Of a stretch of DNA of 64,000 nucleotides, positions 35,383 to 52,694 are shown one piece after another. Origin of the DNA: Azolla caroliniana. Its lineage: Eukaryota; Plantae; Polypodiophyta. A program made the translations under genes and the position numbers. The notes beneath the pieces were generated by a model, which saw only the letters and a list, made by a program, of their open reading frames with translations, made no database searches and was not told the origin of the DNA. Position 1 is the first letter of the stretch; every line of letters begins with the position of its first letter. The stretch is taken from positions 19,220,001 through 19,284,000 of the forward strand of contig JBHGNT010000011.1 in NCBI GenBank assembly GCA_043228905.1, written 5' to 3'.

Positions 35383-38300
35383 AGCCGGACACAGAGCAGG
35401 ATGGTTCCCGACAACCGACATCAGTTCCTTAATGATCGGCTTCAACTGTTCCGACCCGACCAGTTCGGTCTTCTGCCTTCGGACCCTGCCGACTCGAACA
35501 AAGCTGATATGTCCGACAACCTAAGTCTATACCTGTAATCTTAGATAACCCATGTATACGCCCATTACGGGGGAGTGTCTAATACAAGTGTATAATGGAC
35601 GTATTCACACTATCCCTTTGGGCCATTTGTGTAATTAGCATAAATGGTAGTTGCCCTAAGTCGGTCACTATATATAGTGACCTTGTAACCTTTTTGTAAG
35701 GTTGGGTGTTGTATTATTGCTTTGTGGAATAAAGAGTTCTTTTGTGCCTCTCTCTCTCTCTCTCTCTCTCCATCTCTGTGCACAACGATCTACAATCTAT
35801 CATACGCAGGTACTCAGAACAGAATCGAATGCTTCTTGATCTTCCGCACAGACGACTTGATCTCCAACACTAACATCCTGTCATCACTTGTTCGCACCTG
35901 AGGGTTCCAAAATAAAGGTTGTCTAGCCCATTCAATGAGTGTCTCTGGGGTGTGCTTGACCAAATGTTGTCGCACATGACACCACTGACATCCGCAAGAT
36001 GGAGTTTGTTACCTTGTCCTCCTATTGACAAGCCATCTTGGGTGGGACTCCACTCGTGCAACACCAGTTCAAGGAGTTAGGCCAAGGCCTACCATACTTG
36101 GGAGTCCCTGCTTGCAACCTATTGCGAAGTAGTACCTTCCAACACCCCTTACCTGGGAGAAGGCAACAAACCACCAATTTGGCCAGCAATGCACGACTCT
36201 GTGTTAAGGGGTCTATGAGGCCAAGGCCCCCTTTGGCTCGCGGTTGCGTTAACCAACGCCATGACACTCAGGCAATAACCATTGGGTTGTCCTTACCGGA
36301 CCATATAAATCCCCTAATGGCAGCCTTAATCGCATGCAAACCTGACGGGTCCATAATCCAACATCAGACCGAGTGCCACATGGTGGCGAGCATCACTTGG
36401 TTCACAATAAGGACCCTACCAGTGAAGGATAATTTAGATCTACTCCATTGGTTCAGCTTCTTGCTTATTTTGGCTTGCACATGGGACAATTGTGCTCCCT
36501 TGGGAATTGCCCTCCCCATAGTAAATCCTAGATACTTGAATGTCGTCCCGTTAGGGACCCAAGTAAAATCGGCATGGGGATGCCACCTTGGTTTCTCTTG
36601 TTCGCTGAACCAGAGGCCTTGGGTTTTATCCCAATTGACCTTGGCACCAACAGCCTGACAAAAGTCCTCGACTAAATGTTCAGCCCGCTACAAATTCTCC
36701 TCATCACCCTACAGGAAGAGGACCGTATCATTGACATATTCAGATAGAAGAAGATCTTCACTCGCATTAGGGATGGGCAATCCCCTCAGTCCGTTCCTTG
36801 GGGCTTGTAAGTAGGCAGAGAAAGCATTGGTTACGAATAGATAAAGATATGGGGCTAGGGGACAACCTTGCCTCACTGAGCGTTGTAGGTTGAAGGCAGG
36901 GCCCCTAGCACCCGCAATCAGCACACTACTGGTAGCAGTCCGGTAGAGGGCAGAAGTGCATTTCCTCCATTTTTAGCGTAGGCCCATAGCTCTCATCACG
37001 TTTTCCAAGAAGGGCCAAAGTACCCTGTCGTAGGCCTTCTCGAAGTCAAGCATCAAAATAGCCGAGCTCGAGACGGACTGATCAGCCAATGCCATGGCTT
37101 TCCAGAGAAGCAACACATTATCAAAGATGCACCTGCTCCTAATAAACCCTATTTGATTCTCATGTATAATGTCTGGTAAGAAGCTTGCTAACCGCCGCAC
37201 GAGGACTTTTGCCAATATCTTGTAAATCGTGTTAAGGATCGTTATAGGACGCCATTGGCGTAACTCCAGGCTTCGCTCTGCCGCTTTGGGAATGAGATAG
37301 ATCATCCCCTCATCTAGCCCGGTCAACATCGTTCCCGAGGACCAAATCTCTTGAACCCCGGCTTCCAATGACGGGATAACAGTGTCCCAATGGATCTCGA
37401 AAAAATCTCATGAGAGACCATCGGGGCCGGGGCATGCTCCTCTCCTCAAATCCCTGAGTGCCTTCAAGAGTTCTATACGAGAAATGGGGCTATCGAGCAC
37501 CATTTCCATCTCTTGGGTTACCTTGGGGTGAATGCAAGTCATCACCCTATCAGCCAACTCTACGTTTTGCCTCATATGCATAGGTGCAAGTAGGTCTTGA
37601 TAGTATTGCGTTGCCATATGCAAAATCTCATCCTTGTCCTCCGTAATTGAGCCGTCTGGTTTGCACAACCGTTGTATACGTCCACCACCACCCTTGGGAG
37701 CCTTGTAATGAAAGAAATGTCGATTGACCCTATCGTCTATTCTAGCCCACCATGCCGCGGTTCTTCGAAATAACATTCGGTTCCTCTCTTCCGTCCTTTC
37801 CTGAACCTTCATCTTGGCTTCCTCTAGCTTAGATCTAGACCAAGTGCAACCAGGGTCCGCTTGTAGCAAGCGTTGTGCTGCCGTAACGGACTTCCTTAAT
37901 TTTATTTCAATGGCTCTGACCTGTTGGAGGGCCCGCTTGGTCTCTTGTTGTAAAAAGGAGGTGGAGAGGGCCAGTTTTTTCTACAAATCCTCACTAGTTG
38001 ATTCTCTTACAATGGTCTCCTGCCATATACTCTGTAGACCTGCCTTCACCGCTTCACTCTTCATGATCTTTGTGGGGATTTTCATATTGAGACTCCCGTG
38101 GCTGCCGTTGGGTGGGTTAAGGTCTAGTCTCATCGGTTGGTGATCAGAGAAGGTAAGGCCTGCCAAGATAGCGAAAGAGCCCCCCAACTCCTCAAGGGAC
38201 GAGCTGATGTATATGCGGTCTAACTGTGCAAGGCTACCACCCCTAACATTCACGGCGGTTCTCGAGAAGTGTAGTGAATGTGAGCATCTCCTAAGGGAAG

Positions 38301-40931
38301 AGCCCCATGTATCTTTCACCCCAATTTTGCCAATTAAGAGAGCCCATGAATCTAGCTCCGCACCATGAATTGGTCTTTGGGTCCCCCCTTTCCTGTCACC
38401 CAGATGCTCAATCATGTTGAAATCACTAGCCATTATCCATGCCTCTGCATCAGGTAATGTGGTCGCTAACATCCTCCAGAAGATTGCTCTCTCGGGGGAT
38501 GAGTTAGGGGTATAAATGTTTAGCACCCCAATCTGTAGGCGATTCCATTTCAGAAGCACATATAAAGCCCTACCCGCAACCAGCGTGCCATGTGATGTTA
38601 CTTCATATCGGGCCTTATCATTGATCGAGATGCAAACCCCTCCCCTTCGTTGAAGGTCCCCCTGTGCCGCCGACCACCACGTGGTCCACCCACCCGACAA
38701 GGGGTTTACTAGGCTCTGAATTCTCTCTTCAGAGAGATGGTGTTCCTGCAACAACAATATGTCAATCTTGCCCCCAATATTAGAGGGATTCAACTCCTCC
38801 CGAAGTCTTTTGCACTCTTGGTGCTGCCGGCCTCCACCAAGGCCCTGTACATTCCACGTTAAGATCCTCATCCGAAAAGGGTGAGGTTGACGCCCATGTC
38901 CGGGCTGACCCCCATGTCATGGGGCAAACTAACGCCTATTTCTGGGGCTATGGGCTCCCGCGAAGCCTGAAGAGCCCCTAAGGGGTTCTCGGCTTGTCGA
39001 TCCCGGCCCACTTCAAATAGATCTCACGATATGTTTTGGCTCCTAAGTGGTTGTCCAACCTGCATCCCTTTACCCCAAATAGTCCTCGCCAAACCATGTG
39101 ATGGTTTGCTTGTACTTCCCTTCCCTTTGGCCTTGATCTTGCCCGTCCTGATCCACGATTTCAATAATCTGAGGTCACCACCACAATCACGTCTCATCAT
39201 GGGGGAGGCTTTAGCCAACATCTCCTTTGGGGTGGAAAGTACACGATGTGGTTGCAACTCCATCGGGGAGGGGAACAGGAGCTGAGGATCGTGTGGGGGA
39301 AGGGACAAGGAATCACATGGGGACAATGTTGCTGCCAACGCTTCTGGGATGTCCTCCCCTAGCCCTTGGAGCAATGTAAATCTGTTGGTAGCCCTCACCT
39401 TTAGGTTGTGTGCTTCTGCACTCCCTGAGTGGATCTTCACCCGTTTCGAGGGTTGCTTGTCCGCACTTGCTGGTGACAAGGTAGTGGGACTTCGGTCAAA
39501 CGGAAGGCCTTGAGAGGGGGGGGAGGCCGCACCTAGGCTTCCAAGTTTCCCCTTCTTCTTGACGGGCTGCCAAGGAGCCTCATCACCCTTGGTTGCCGCG
39601 GTCTTCCTAGAGTCTTGAGCTCCCGAGCTTCCCTTTCCAGTCTTACGAGGACAACTCTTAGCTAGGTGTCCTTTATGTTTGCAAATAAAACATTGTCCAT
39701 GGAGTCCCTCATAAACCACTTTCTCCATCACAACCACTTGGAGCATGTCCCTCATTGTCCATGGCCTCCGGAGACAGGGTGATGTCTAAATTTATACTTC
39801 CTTCTCCTTGTAGCGAACTAGGGTCTGTTGGGAGTTCGGAGCATCCCACCATATTAGTTGGAAGTTCGGATCCTCCCACCATGTCAAACTATAGGTTCTG
39901 ATTTTTTAGTGCTCTGTCTTCCTCTTCATTAAACAACATTAAACATTAAACAACAATCTTTGTCTTGAATCACATTGAAGTTTGCTTTCACACCGAAACC
40001 TTTTGACCTCCCACTTCTTTTCGAGAGGCGTGGATGGAAATGAAACTAGGCCTAGTACAAAGTCAGTTCCGTTATCGAATATGTTACACCATAACACATT
40101 TTGTACAATATTATAACTCTTTTAGCTTAAGTTCTATTATTTATTTATTTATTTCACCACATTGTTATTTTAGCCTTATTCCATATTGTATGGGTCCACA
40201 TCATGTCTTTCTTATTGTTGATCTTTCCTCACATACTTAGTTCTTAGTTCTATCAAGATCATCTGCCCTCCTATGGGTGAGTTTGGCTTGGAGGTCATTA
40301 GGCTTCTCCAAGATTTGATTAGTCTGAGATGAATATCTCAAACTCTTGTTCCATGGTTTGACTAATAAAGAAAACACTCGTTCAACAATAAAACTCAATC
40401 AGTCTTTAATTAATCAAATAATAAGAAGGAGAAAGTAATTGATTTGAATTAATTAGTAAAGAGATGATTTTGGCGCAACCTTAAGAACTCAAGAGAAAAA
40501 CTTTAGCCTAAGTTTAGAAATTGAAGAAGAATGAGTGTTTCCCATGTCTTTCTAATGGCTCGACATTGGAATTGCTACACATGGGACAATTCTCTACATG
40601 CCTGGGCAAGGGGGTGAGAGACAAAAAGTTCCCCCAAAACCTTGACCCTTATCTCAACCATAGCTCAAACATTTACTTAACAATGAGATACATTGCAAAA
40701 GTGATCTTTATAGTCATTGGACAAAAGGTTTGTTCTCTTTAGAGTTAAGTGTTATTTCTACATTATTACATTGAATTTTGTTTTTATGCCAATGCCAATG
40801 GAGGGACATTGGAAGTGTAATGGTCGGCCAATACATAACACCCACAATTTCACAAACACCATATGGTCATTGCAATGTTATCCTGTCTTGTGGCCCTTGC
40901 CACGAGCCTATTGGTCATTATTGTTTGGTAG

Positions 40932-41273
40932 TTGTCATTGCATTGTTCTAGAGGTGTGAGGGTCATTATTAATGTTGTTTTGGGCTCCAATGGTTTCTAT
41001 TGCATTTTTTGCCTCATTCAACTCATCATAATGTATTTGCATGAAAGAAAAATGGTCGAGTTTCCACCTATTACATCGATCTAATTGTGGAAATAGAGGG
41101 TTGTCATTGCATTGTTCTAGAGGTGTGAGGGTCATTATTAATGTTGTTTTGGGCTCCAATGGTTTCTATTGCATTTTTTGCCTCCTTCAACTCATCATAA
41201 TGTATTTGCATGAAAGAAAAATGGTTGAGTTTCCACCTATTACATCGATCTAATTGTGGAAATAGAGGGTTGT
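40932..41273. repeat. Tandem duplication, 169-bp unit x2
   Basis: TTGTCATTGCATTGTTCTAGAGGTGTGAGGG...GGAAATAGAGGG at 40932 and 41101, almost identical. Confidence 0.95.
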
Positions 41274-42111
41274 GTTGTTTTCATCTCTCATGTGTACATC
41301 TTCTTTACTTGAAAGTTACAAATTGAATAAAGGACATTAAACAAATGTCCACTCAACTTCACGATCATGTATATCTTCAAGTGCACAAGTACTCAATGAT
41401 GCATATGACTAGCAAAGTTCCAAAGTTATTAAGAAAATTATCGTGGATCCTCTCCAACGTCTTAAAAGTTGGATTTATATTCATATGTTAAGGATCATCA
41501 CCATTTTTCATGCTAGTTATTTGAAAAAGATGTATTAAATATTGTTTGAAAGGGGTTGCACCAAAATCTCTTCATGAAAGGTGTGATACACAAGATAAAT
41601 CTCGTTAATTTAGAAGTGATGCCATATTTGTATGCTCTATGAAGCTTTGATGTTTACTAATAACTATTTGTAATGTATACTAAGCCATATTCTATATTTC
41701 ACATTAAATCATATGATTAATCAAATAGTTTCTTCTTCTCTTTTGAACATCTACTCGAGGTCTATATGATTGACTTGAGTTTGCAGTCAATTCCAAGGAA
41801 ATGCTACATTTTAATAATATTACAATAAAAAGAATTTGTGACTAATGTAAATGGCTTGATGGTTTATCCCTTCAATTAGAGGTTCATATTGGGACCGGTC
41901 TATGTTGAGGCAGAAGACTTGCATGGCTTGACCTTCAACCCCAAAAAGGGCCTACACCTTAAAACAGCACATGCACATTCTTCATAGGCGAGAATCCATG
42001 TAGTTTTCATAAAAAAAGAGGAATGTAGACCAGTGCACATTCTACAGCTCGGGTGATGATTGATAGATATGGCGGGGTCAATGAGGGTGTGAAGGATGCA
42101 TCTCAATTATT

Positions 42112-42350
42112 AGCATTTTGCATGGAGTGGGGCGACAAGATGGTGCGATCAGGCAAGCAACCCAATCGAGTATGGTCAGAGCCTTCCATCTAAGCACAGA
42201 ACATGGAGTAGACCGACACATGCATCTCGATAGATGGGCATTTTTCATGGAGTGGGGGCGAGATAGGAACTAAACCCTAAACCCTGGCACAATCGGGCAA
42301 GCAGCCCAATCGGGATTCGTGTGTGCCAGAGCCGTCCGGCAAACAGAACA
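42112..42350 (+). repeat. Degenerate direct repeat upstream of the CDPK; second unit carries a telo-box (AAACCCTAAACCCT)
   Basis: GCATTTT.CATGGAGTGGGG.CGA...GGCAAGCA.CCCAATCG...CAGAGCC.TCC...ACAGAACA occurs twice (about 42114 and 42238). Confidence 0.65.
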
Positions 42351-42718
42351 GAACAATGGAGGAGATCCATGTGAGTGTAAAATGAATCCATCCCAACACA
42401 CAAAACTCATCCAGAAGCCAAGTCAATGAGGTGGTAACCGGGAGACCCGGTCATTTTTGCAGCTCTGCTCTCTCTCTCTCTTCTCTCTCTTCCACCGTGT
42501 GTGTTTCCACTTGCTCCTGTTCAGGATATACCTCTGCAGTGCTTGGAAAACCATGAAGGTGAAGATGATGAAGAAGAAGAAGATTCAAAACACCTGCTTC
42601 GACTGATCAAACCAACGCACTCTGTTCCCTCCCTCCCCTGTTTTTTGTTTGTCTGTCCCTGTTGTTCTTGTAACTTCTCTTTCTCTCTCTCTCTTTTCCC
42701 CTTCTGGTATATGTATTT

Positions 42719-45835
<3,117 letters not shown>

Positions 45836-48379
45836 CCACATTTTCATGTGATTGGAATACATATATATAGTGCTTTGAAGAATTTATATAGCAAAATGTT
45901 AAGGTCGGAGCCAAGTGAAAGATCTTCATCTTCTCTTGAGTCTCAAATGCTTGCAAAGTACATGGTTTGAGAGTAGCATGTAAAAGCAGGTATTTGGCTC
46001 TTTGTACAACCATTGATTCATTCATTTGCACAAGTGTACTTCTACTGGCTATTATTTGGAAAAAGCCGTGTAGATCATCATGTTCTTGATAAGGTCACAT
46101 CATCAAAATGGGATGGTATCATTAATATGTCCATGTACAGAGGGAGAAAGAACTGGAATGTTTTTTACTGACATCTTCTGATGGCCATAGCAATCTATGA
46201 GCCCAAAAGTTGCATAGATTGTTTGGTAAAGTAAAGCAAAATTTGTACCTAACTATGTGGTTGTCAAATTTCAACAGTATATTGACAATGAGTAGAAATA
46301 GTGCATAGGATAGTGTACAAAATAAGTATGTCTCTATGAATGAGAGGTAGTAACGTGATTGGATCACCCTATGAACACTCTCATAGGATGATTTTGAATG
46401 ACAGTGATGTTCTTTTTTCTGAGTCAACAAGTGGATCTTGGATGATTTTTGGCGATAAAACTATGTTCAGTGATCACAAGCATCATTTTCTATGTGATTG
46501 TACGGCGTTTTGAACAAGTTTTGACATCTGCCATAGTAAAAGTTCGATTAACCATCTAGTATTTAAAAAGGAGACTCTAATTTTGTGCATCTCTTGTAAA
46601 AAAGTAAACCGCCCCAAATAGCTCATTAATATGTGTGACTTGCAGTAATCGATCTCTTAGTTTGGTGTTTGAAATCACTTGTTGGGAATGTGTTTGGCAT
46701 ATTTAATGGTCATTATGTTAGAGGGTATTCCGTTACCATGAAATTGATTAAGAAAGAAATAGAAGTTACCCCTATTTGTATTTCCGAGATAAAGGACCAA
46801 CTAATAGGGGTTTTAATGATTTGGAAGATTCAAATGGAGAAAGAAACTTTAATAATCCCAGAAGACCAACAAAGCTTGTGTTGCACGGAATTTGGTACGA
46901 CCTCAACGTGCATACTATCAGTAGCTCTAAGTGATATGGTGAAATTGCACATTGATATTGGAAATCAACCCTCTCTTGGAATGCTAAAGGAACACAAACT
47001 GGTGTTCCACGAGGTTCAAGAGTCTTGATTGAAGTTATGACTTTTAGAACATTAGCTTGGTGAGGTGCCAACTTATCTATGGTATGGTATGACGTTGGAC
47101 ATATGGTAAGTTTTTGCGGTGCAACAATATTGTAAACAATCTCGGTCATCATTGCAAATGCCATTGATCTAAAATTATGGAACAACATTCACCTAAGCAC
47201 TCTTTTGACACCATTAGAAGCACTAAAGTAGCTTTGTGAATTGAAATTGGAGGTAACAGATGTATCTAGATGGTTGCAATATTGACTTACAAGATCAACA
47301 AATTGTGTCTTTCTCGTCCTTGGGTACAAAGTCATGGAAATGCTTTAGGCATGGTGGAAGAAGTACTTTCCAACATGATTCCACCTAGAGAAAAGAAGAA
47401 TAAATCATTCTCTACATGCGCTATCCACCAGCAAGAGCTTTTATCCATGAACTCGATTGTAATTTTTGTGCAAGTTGATGTAGTTGGAGAAAATCTTTTT
47501 CGGTGGTTTGGTTACTTTCCCAATAATTTATAGAGAGATTGACATATTTTCCCATTGGATAAGATTTCTCTTGGTCTCACACTTGGTCTTTGGTACGATG
47601 TTGATGCTGTTGGAACATTATATACAAGTAAGTACTTAACAGATTCACACATTCAATGAATGATCTTAATATTTCGTAGATTTATATTCCATGCTTTTAT
47701 GCCCTTGCAATCCATGTGTAGTGAAAAGTTCACCAAAATTTTCTCCAGGAGAGAATCAAAATGAAATTGAAGCAAGAGAGGAGTTAAAACAAGCAAGGAC
47801 TTATACATGTAAATTTACTGATTGCAAACCTGCAACCAAACAAGAAGTGGTATGAAGAACTCAAATCTTGTAGAATTTTCATATGAAGTGACGTTAGTAA
47901 AACGTTATCATCATGCATCACATGCATTATATTTAGTTAATGCTAGCTAGGTTTGTTTATGTTCTGCAAATTGGAAGGTAAAACCAAGTTCATACATCCA
48001 ATTTAGGAATATCCATGATTGAATGTTGCAATGTGGATAGTGACGATAAAACCTTGGGTAATCCATAAGTAATCCTAGGCAATCCACATTAGAGTTTGAA
48101 GAAGTGAGGCTCCAAAATGCAATACATTGAATAGTATGGACCATGGTTAGGGGGCTTAAATCCTCCAACCATACAACCTCACCAAAATGAGGGTTTTCTA
48201 CCACTAAAAACATGACCATAAAGATTCTTATACATACCTTGGGTATAATGTTTGCCCCATGCAATTAATACTAACACATGAATAATGATTAACAAGATTT
48301 CCTACACATAATGAGGAATTTCCATGTTGATGGATAGTGGATCTTGCTATTCCTATAGTACCTTGCAAAGTTTAGTAAG

Positions 48380-48790
48380 CAAACCATTACTTTTGCATAT
48401 CCCCGCATTCCCTCTTTCAAGTTATAATGAACACAATGTCAATATTTATCAACAACATTACTGTTACACCTTTTAATTCTTTGTTTTCCTTTATTTGTGA
48501 GCCTTGAACTTTGGTCTAGCAAGCCAACCAATTGATTTCCTGTATCCTCAAACCTGAAACTTGGAAGTAGGGAATCTTTGTAACCTACCCCAAATGATAT
48601 TCCTTCATCCATAATGATCACATTATTAGACATTAAAACTCCAAACTCCTTCATTAGGGATCTCCATAGGCAAAAGAGGATTATGATGGCATTCAACCAT
48701 AAAGTGGCCCCATTCACCACATCCAAAGCAATGACTTGCAAAGAAAGTCATTTCATACCGCCATCATGGTCTCTTACAACTTGTACTTCA
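48380..48790 (-). mobile_element. Very degenerate LINE ORF2-like remnant
   Basis: Minus strand ..RDHDGGMK.. followed by LQVIAL..W.., resembling the post-RT 'k..GGlg' region. Weak. Confidence 0.25.
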
Positions 48791-49279
48791 TAACACAAAA
48801 TCTACACGTGTGTTGATATTTGCATGTGTGACCCTGATCTACACGTGTTGCCTCACCATCTATCCATTTGTTTCCACTGATTTCCTCAAACACCTTCAAC
48901 TTTTTGGAACTCCCCAATTCTTCACTTGAACAATTACATTCTAGAATAATATTTACTCACTTAAGGAGCATTTGTTTCTATGTCAAAATCTCCCACGAAT
49001 TGTGATTGATCCATGCTCATTCCCTCTATCCTTAATGTCAGATCCGGCTAAGATAAAAAGAAATTTTTCATAGAACAATAAAAAAACTCTCCTATTCGGA
49101 AAGGATGAAAATCAATGAAGAATACAATGTGAGGCCCACAATGAGTGTTGAGAGGGTATAAGGATGACAACAAGGTATTAAACATCATTTCATTATGTGT
49201 ACCTTTGATTTTACTCGCCTTTGATATCTCAAGAAAGGCCACATACAAGCTTATTTATGACATCAAAATGGGGGATAGG

Positions 49280-50450
49280 ATACATTTCCAAGACTACGCA
49301 AGGCTCGAATTAAAATTCTAATCGTTCTTTGTGGTGATCATCGTTGCTTTCTTCACCATTAATGCCTTGTCTCATCTACCACAGGAGGCATATAGATTTG
49401 CCAACAATCACATGTGCTACGTCATTTGCCCTTATCGCAAGGCTCAGTTTAAAACTCTTAATGGTTTTGTGCTGACCGTCATTTGCTTTCTTCACCATTA
49501 ATGCCTCATCTCATCTACCAAATGCAGCATATAAATTTGCCAACACCACATGTGTTGCCTCATTTTCCCTTATGGAGTTCAAGAACATAATCTGAGGCAA
49601 ATATCCCCCTTATCCACAATTGGATGCACTCTACAAGCTCCAAGTAATGTGTTCCACAATATGGCATTCAGGTTGTAGAGACATTTCAACAACAATGTGC
49701 TCTGCCTCTTTAACACATCCTGCCCTACTAACAAGTTCCATCACACCTAATATGTTTGTATGTTGGTAGACTGCTCTATGCCCCCATAATCATAGAAGCA
49801 AAGTATGTGTAACCTGTGTTAATAGCATCAACATGGCTACATGCACGGAGAACAATAATGAAGGTTATTTTACTTGGCTTCAATTATTGCTCTTGTATAA
49901 TCCCTGGAATAACCTTCGAACATCTTCACAAGATCCATGGTTAGCATAAGCACATATGATGGCATTCAACTATATGTTGTCCAGATCCTCGAGTTTTATG
50001 AACATATTATATGGATTTTGCATGATCCCACATTCCCCATACATGCTAGTTAGAGAATTTCCAAGAACATGGTCACAGTTGATTCCTCTCTCAATCACTA
50101 AAAAGGATTCTTTTTCTTTCAATATGTACTCCAAACCTTGAGCAATATGTACTCCAAGAACATGGTCACAGTTGATTCCTCTCTCCCGTTTGTAACATTC
50201 TTTTGAATAAAAAGAGTGCTCCAGAGCCTTGACCTTGCTCTGCATATGATGCAACCACGGCAATGCAAGAAACAACATCTTTCTTTGGCATCCTTACCAA
50301 CAGCGTTTCTGCATCGAGTAAACTCCCACATATTTTATAAATTGTGATGAGGGCATTTGCTCAAAACAATGTCAGAAATTATTTCTTTCTCCGGGATGCA
50401 ATCATGGATTCTTTTTCTTTCAATATGTACTCCGAACCTTGAGCAACTTT
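49280..50450 (-). pseudogene. PLS-E PPR pseudogene with internal duplications
   Basis: VLGNSLTSMYGECG, KPSKITFIIVLRACSH, V.ELVSRAGCVKEA and two tandem E2-like HVVLANLYA pieces (about 49300-49435 and 49437-49555); many stops and frameshifts. Confidence 0.85.
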
Positions 50451-51780
50451 GGGAGAATTGTCGTATAGCTTAGTTGGGTAATCTGTCTGAAAGAAATCAA
50501 AATGTCTTGCATTTCAAACCCTACATTCCACAAAGGCATGTAGCAAATTAGCGATATGTTAGTGATGCATTGGCTGTAAACAAATGTGGCTTACCAACCC
50601 ATACAAAGAGGAGACAACTTACAACCTAATTAGCATCATTTCCTCATGGCCTGCAATTGGCAAATGGCAATTCAAAGCAACATCTGTTTCCTAGCATAGA
50701 ATTCTTACACAAAACATAATATAATTTATTGCGGATTATTGTTGATTCCTTCCATTCCACACTCTAGCCTTTTCGTAAGTCTCCTCTCGAAATTAATTGT
50801 GTCTTAACAATTGGGCCAACTTTGGGACATGTTAAGATTCACACGGGTGTCCTTTAGCAACGATCTTCCTAAATCCCTAGCAATCTATCACCGAGAATCC
50901 AATCAATGAACATTTAACCCTTGGAACACATTGTTGATTTGATGCCATTAAAAAAATGCAATAGTCCTTACACTTGGAAGGATCAAAAGCATTTAGACAT
51001 TCATTTGTGTCTCACATAGTTTTGCACTAAGGAGAATATACTTTAGTGTATGTTGTTTCAATCCAATTATTCATTAAGGTAGGTCATGAGAGAAACTTTT
51101 GATATAGTTGTTAATGTGGTAGCTTTCCTTAGCCATACCTTTTCATTCTAACAAGCTTTTTCTTTATTTGACCAGATACTGCCATCTAGTAGAGAGGAAT
51201 GCAATTCCTAGCAAAGGGAATTACTTGTGTTATCTAGTTTACTATGTTGACATAGAAATGATAGATATTTGTCTCAATTTAAATACTTCTTTCAACTAGG
51301 GGCCGTAAAAGTGGGAGATGTGCACAATTAGACTGGGTTTTGGTCTATGCAAAGATGCTTCTTATACATTCTATCTAGTCATAGGCTTACTTGGTAGAAG
51401 CTATAAGTACACCATTGATGGAGGACTCCTTGCCAATGAAGTCAGATGAGCAACCATGATTGGATTGGATCATTGGTGTTTATGGATGGAACTCACTTTT
51501 CATTCAATGGTTATTGTCTAAGGTTAAACATAAGTGGAATGAAAATCAGTTCGATCACATATGATTGCAAATGTTCTGCAGTAGTTAGGCATTCTGAATC
51601 TCCATTTCCCCCAAAAAATTGAATTTGTGGAGGGTTGTGATTTTGAATCTCCCAAGGATTAGGAATCTCTTATTGGGAACCATTTTTTTCATTTTGAGGT
51701 ATTAGCCTTTAGGAATCTCCTCGTATTGGGATATGCACATTGCGTCCATATTTGATGCTCGGCATGGAGTTCAATTATAT

Positions 51781-52049
51781 TGTGGTGTCCCTTGGATGCA
51801 AGTGCATGCCTTCATGTTGGGTGTGCATGTGTTCCTTTGAGCCCCTTTTAGCATACCCTTGTTTAGCATGCATGCCTTCATGCTATGGTGTACAAGTGTT
51901 CCGTTGAGCCACCCTTTTAGCATACCCTTGTTAGGACGCATGTAGCTAAGTAAAGCCAACCCAAATGGATACCTTTGTACGACTATAAATTGAATAGGAA
52001 GTAAGAAGCTAAGCAAGTTGGTTTGGATTCCATTTATGTGCATTTCACA
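51781..52049 (+). mobile_element. Solo LTR of the Gypsy family at 27737-29235 (opposite orientation)
   Basis: TGTGGTG...TGTGCATTTCACA; reverse complement of those LTRs (AAGCCAACCCAAATGG.TACCTTTGTA..GACTATAAATTGA). Flanked by ATAT on both sides. Confidence 0.85.
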
Positions 52050-52694
52050 ATATCTATGGAAGTTAAAAGGAGTGTTGACTTCACAATTGTGTTAGTGGGG
52101 CGAATTGAGATCTCTCCTTGGCTGAATGATAATCCTACATATTGGTGCTTCAACACACCCCTCTACACATGTAATGGTGACACAACATTAGTATATACTA
52201 ACAAGGTACCATTTTTCACATTTAATTAATATAATTGCATGTGTCCATGAGAGAGAGAGAGAGAGAGAGAGTTTTAATGGAAAACCAATGTGATCTATGG
52301 GATGGGGCCAAGCCCAAGACCAGCATCAAACTTTCTCCCAATTTTATAACACTAATGGTTTAATATAAACCACCAGACCTACAACGAAATAGAGATTACA
52401 AGAAAATGACCATATATTACAACATAGTTACAAATCTCTAAGATATCCCAAGGGAAAAAAATTGTACATTGATAAATGCTTAAGGGGGCATTTTGCTATA
52501 GAATTTTGGACTGAGGGACAATTAACTCAAGAGATGAATATGAACGGTTAGCTTAGCTTTAAGCAAGAATCAAGCAAATTTTCTACACTTCAACTCAATA
52601 CACACTCGATGAAACTTTTCCTTCCCAATATAGGACGTAATAATACATTCTTGTTATAATATACACTTAGAGTAGCAAAGGCTACCCACATCTC

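Larger units (their letters stand above)
31548..35869 (+). mobile_element. Ty1/Copia LTR retrotransposon (Tnt1/Tork-like), internally deleted, recent insertion
   Basis: 294-bp LTRs TG..CA at 31548-31841 and 35576-35869 with one visible mismatch. TSD CTAAC at 31543-31547 and 35870-35874. PBS TGGTATCAGAGC (tRNA-iMet) at 31844. PPT GGGGGAG before 35576. Confidence 0.97.
30037..39755 (-). mobile_element. Near full-length degenerate L1-type LINE (ORF1 zinc knuckle; ORF2 APE-RT-zf), interrupted by a Copia element
   Basis: ORF1 CFICKHKGHLAKSCP (39024-39755). APE MRILTWNVQG..LLQEHH..SDFN..LDRIY..SDH (37981-38871). RT CPGPDG, WRPITILN, LDFEKAYDRV, VRQGCPLAP, with YVND at the YADD position. zf region about 30.8-31.0 kb. 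Poly(A) at 30037-30045. Many stops and frameshifts; no TSD found. Confidence 0.95.

Noticed and set aside
46669-47700. 119-aa and 138-aa ORFs
   Set aside because: No recognisable domain; probably degraded TE sequence.
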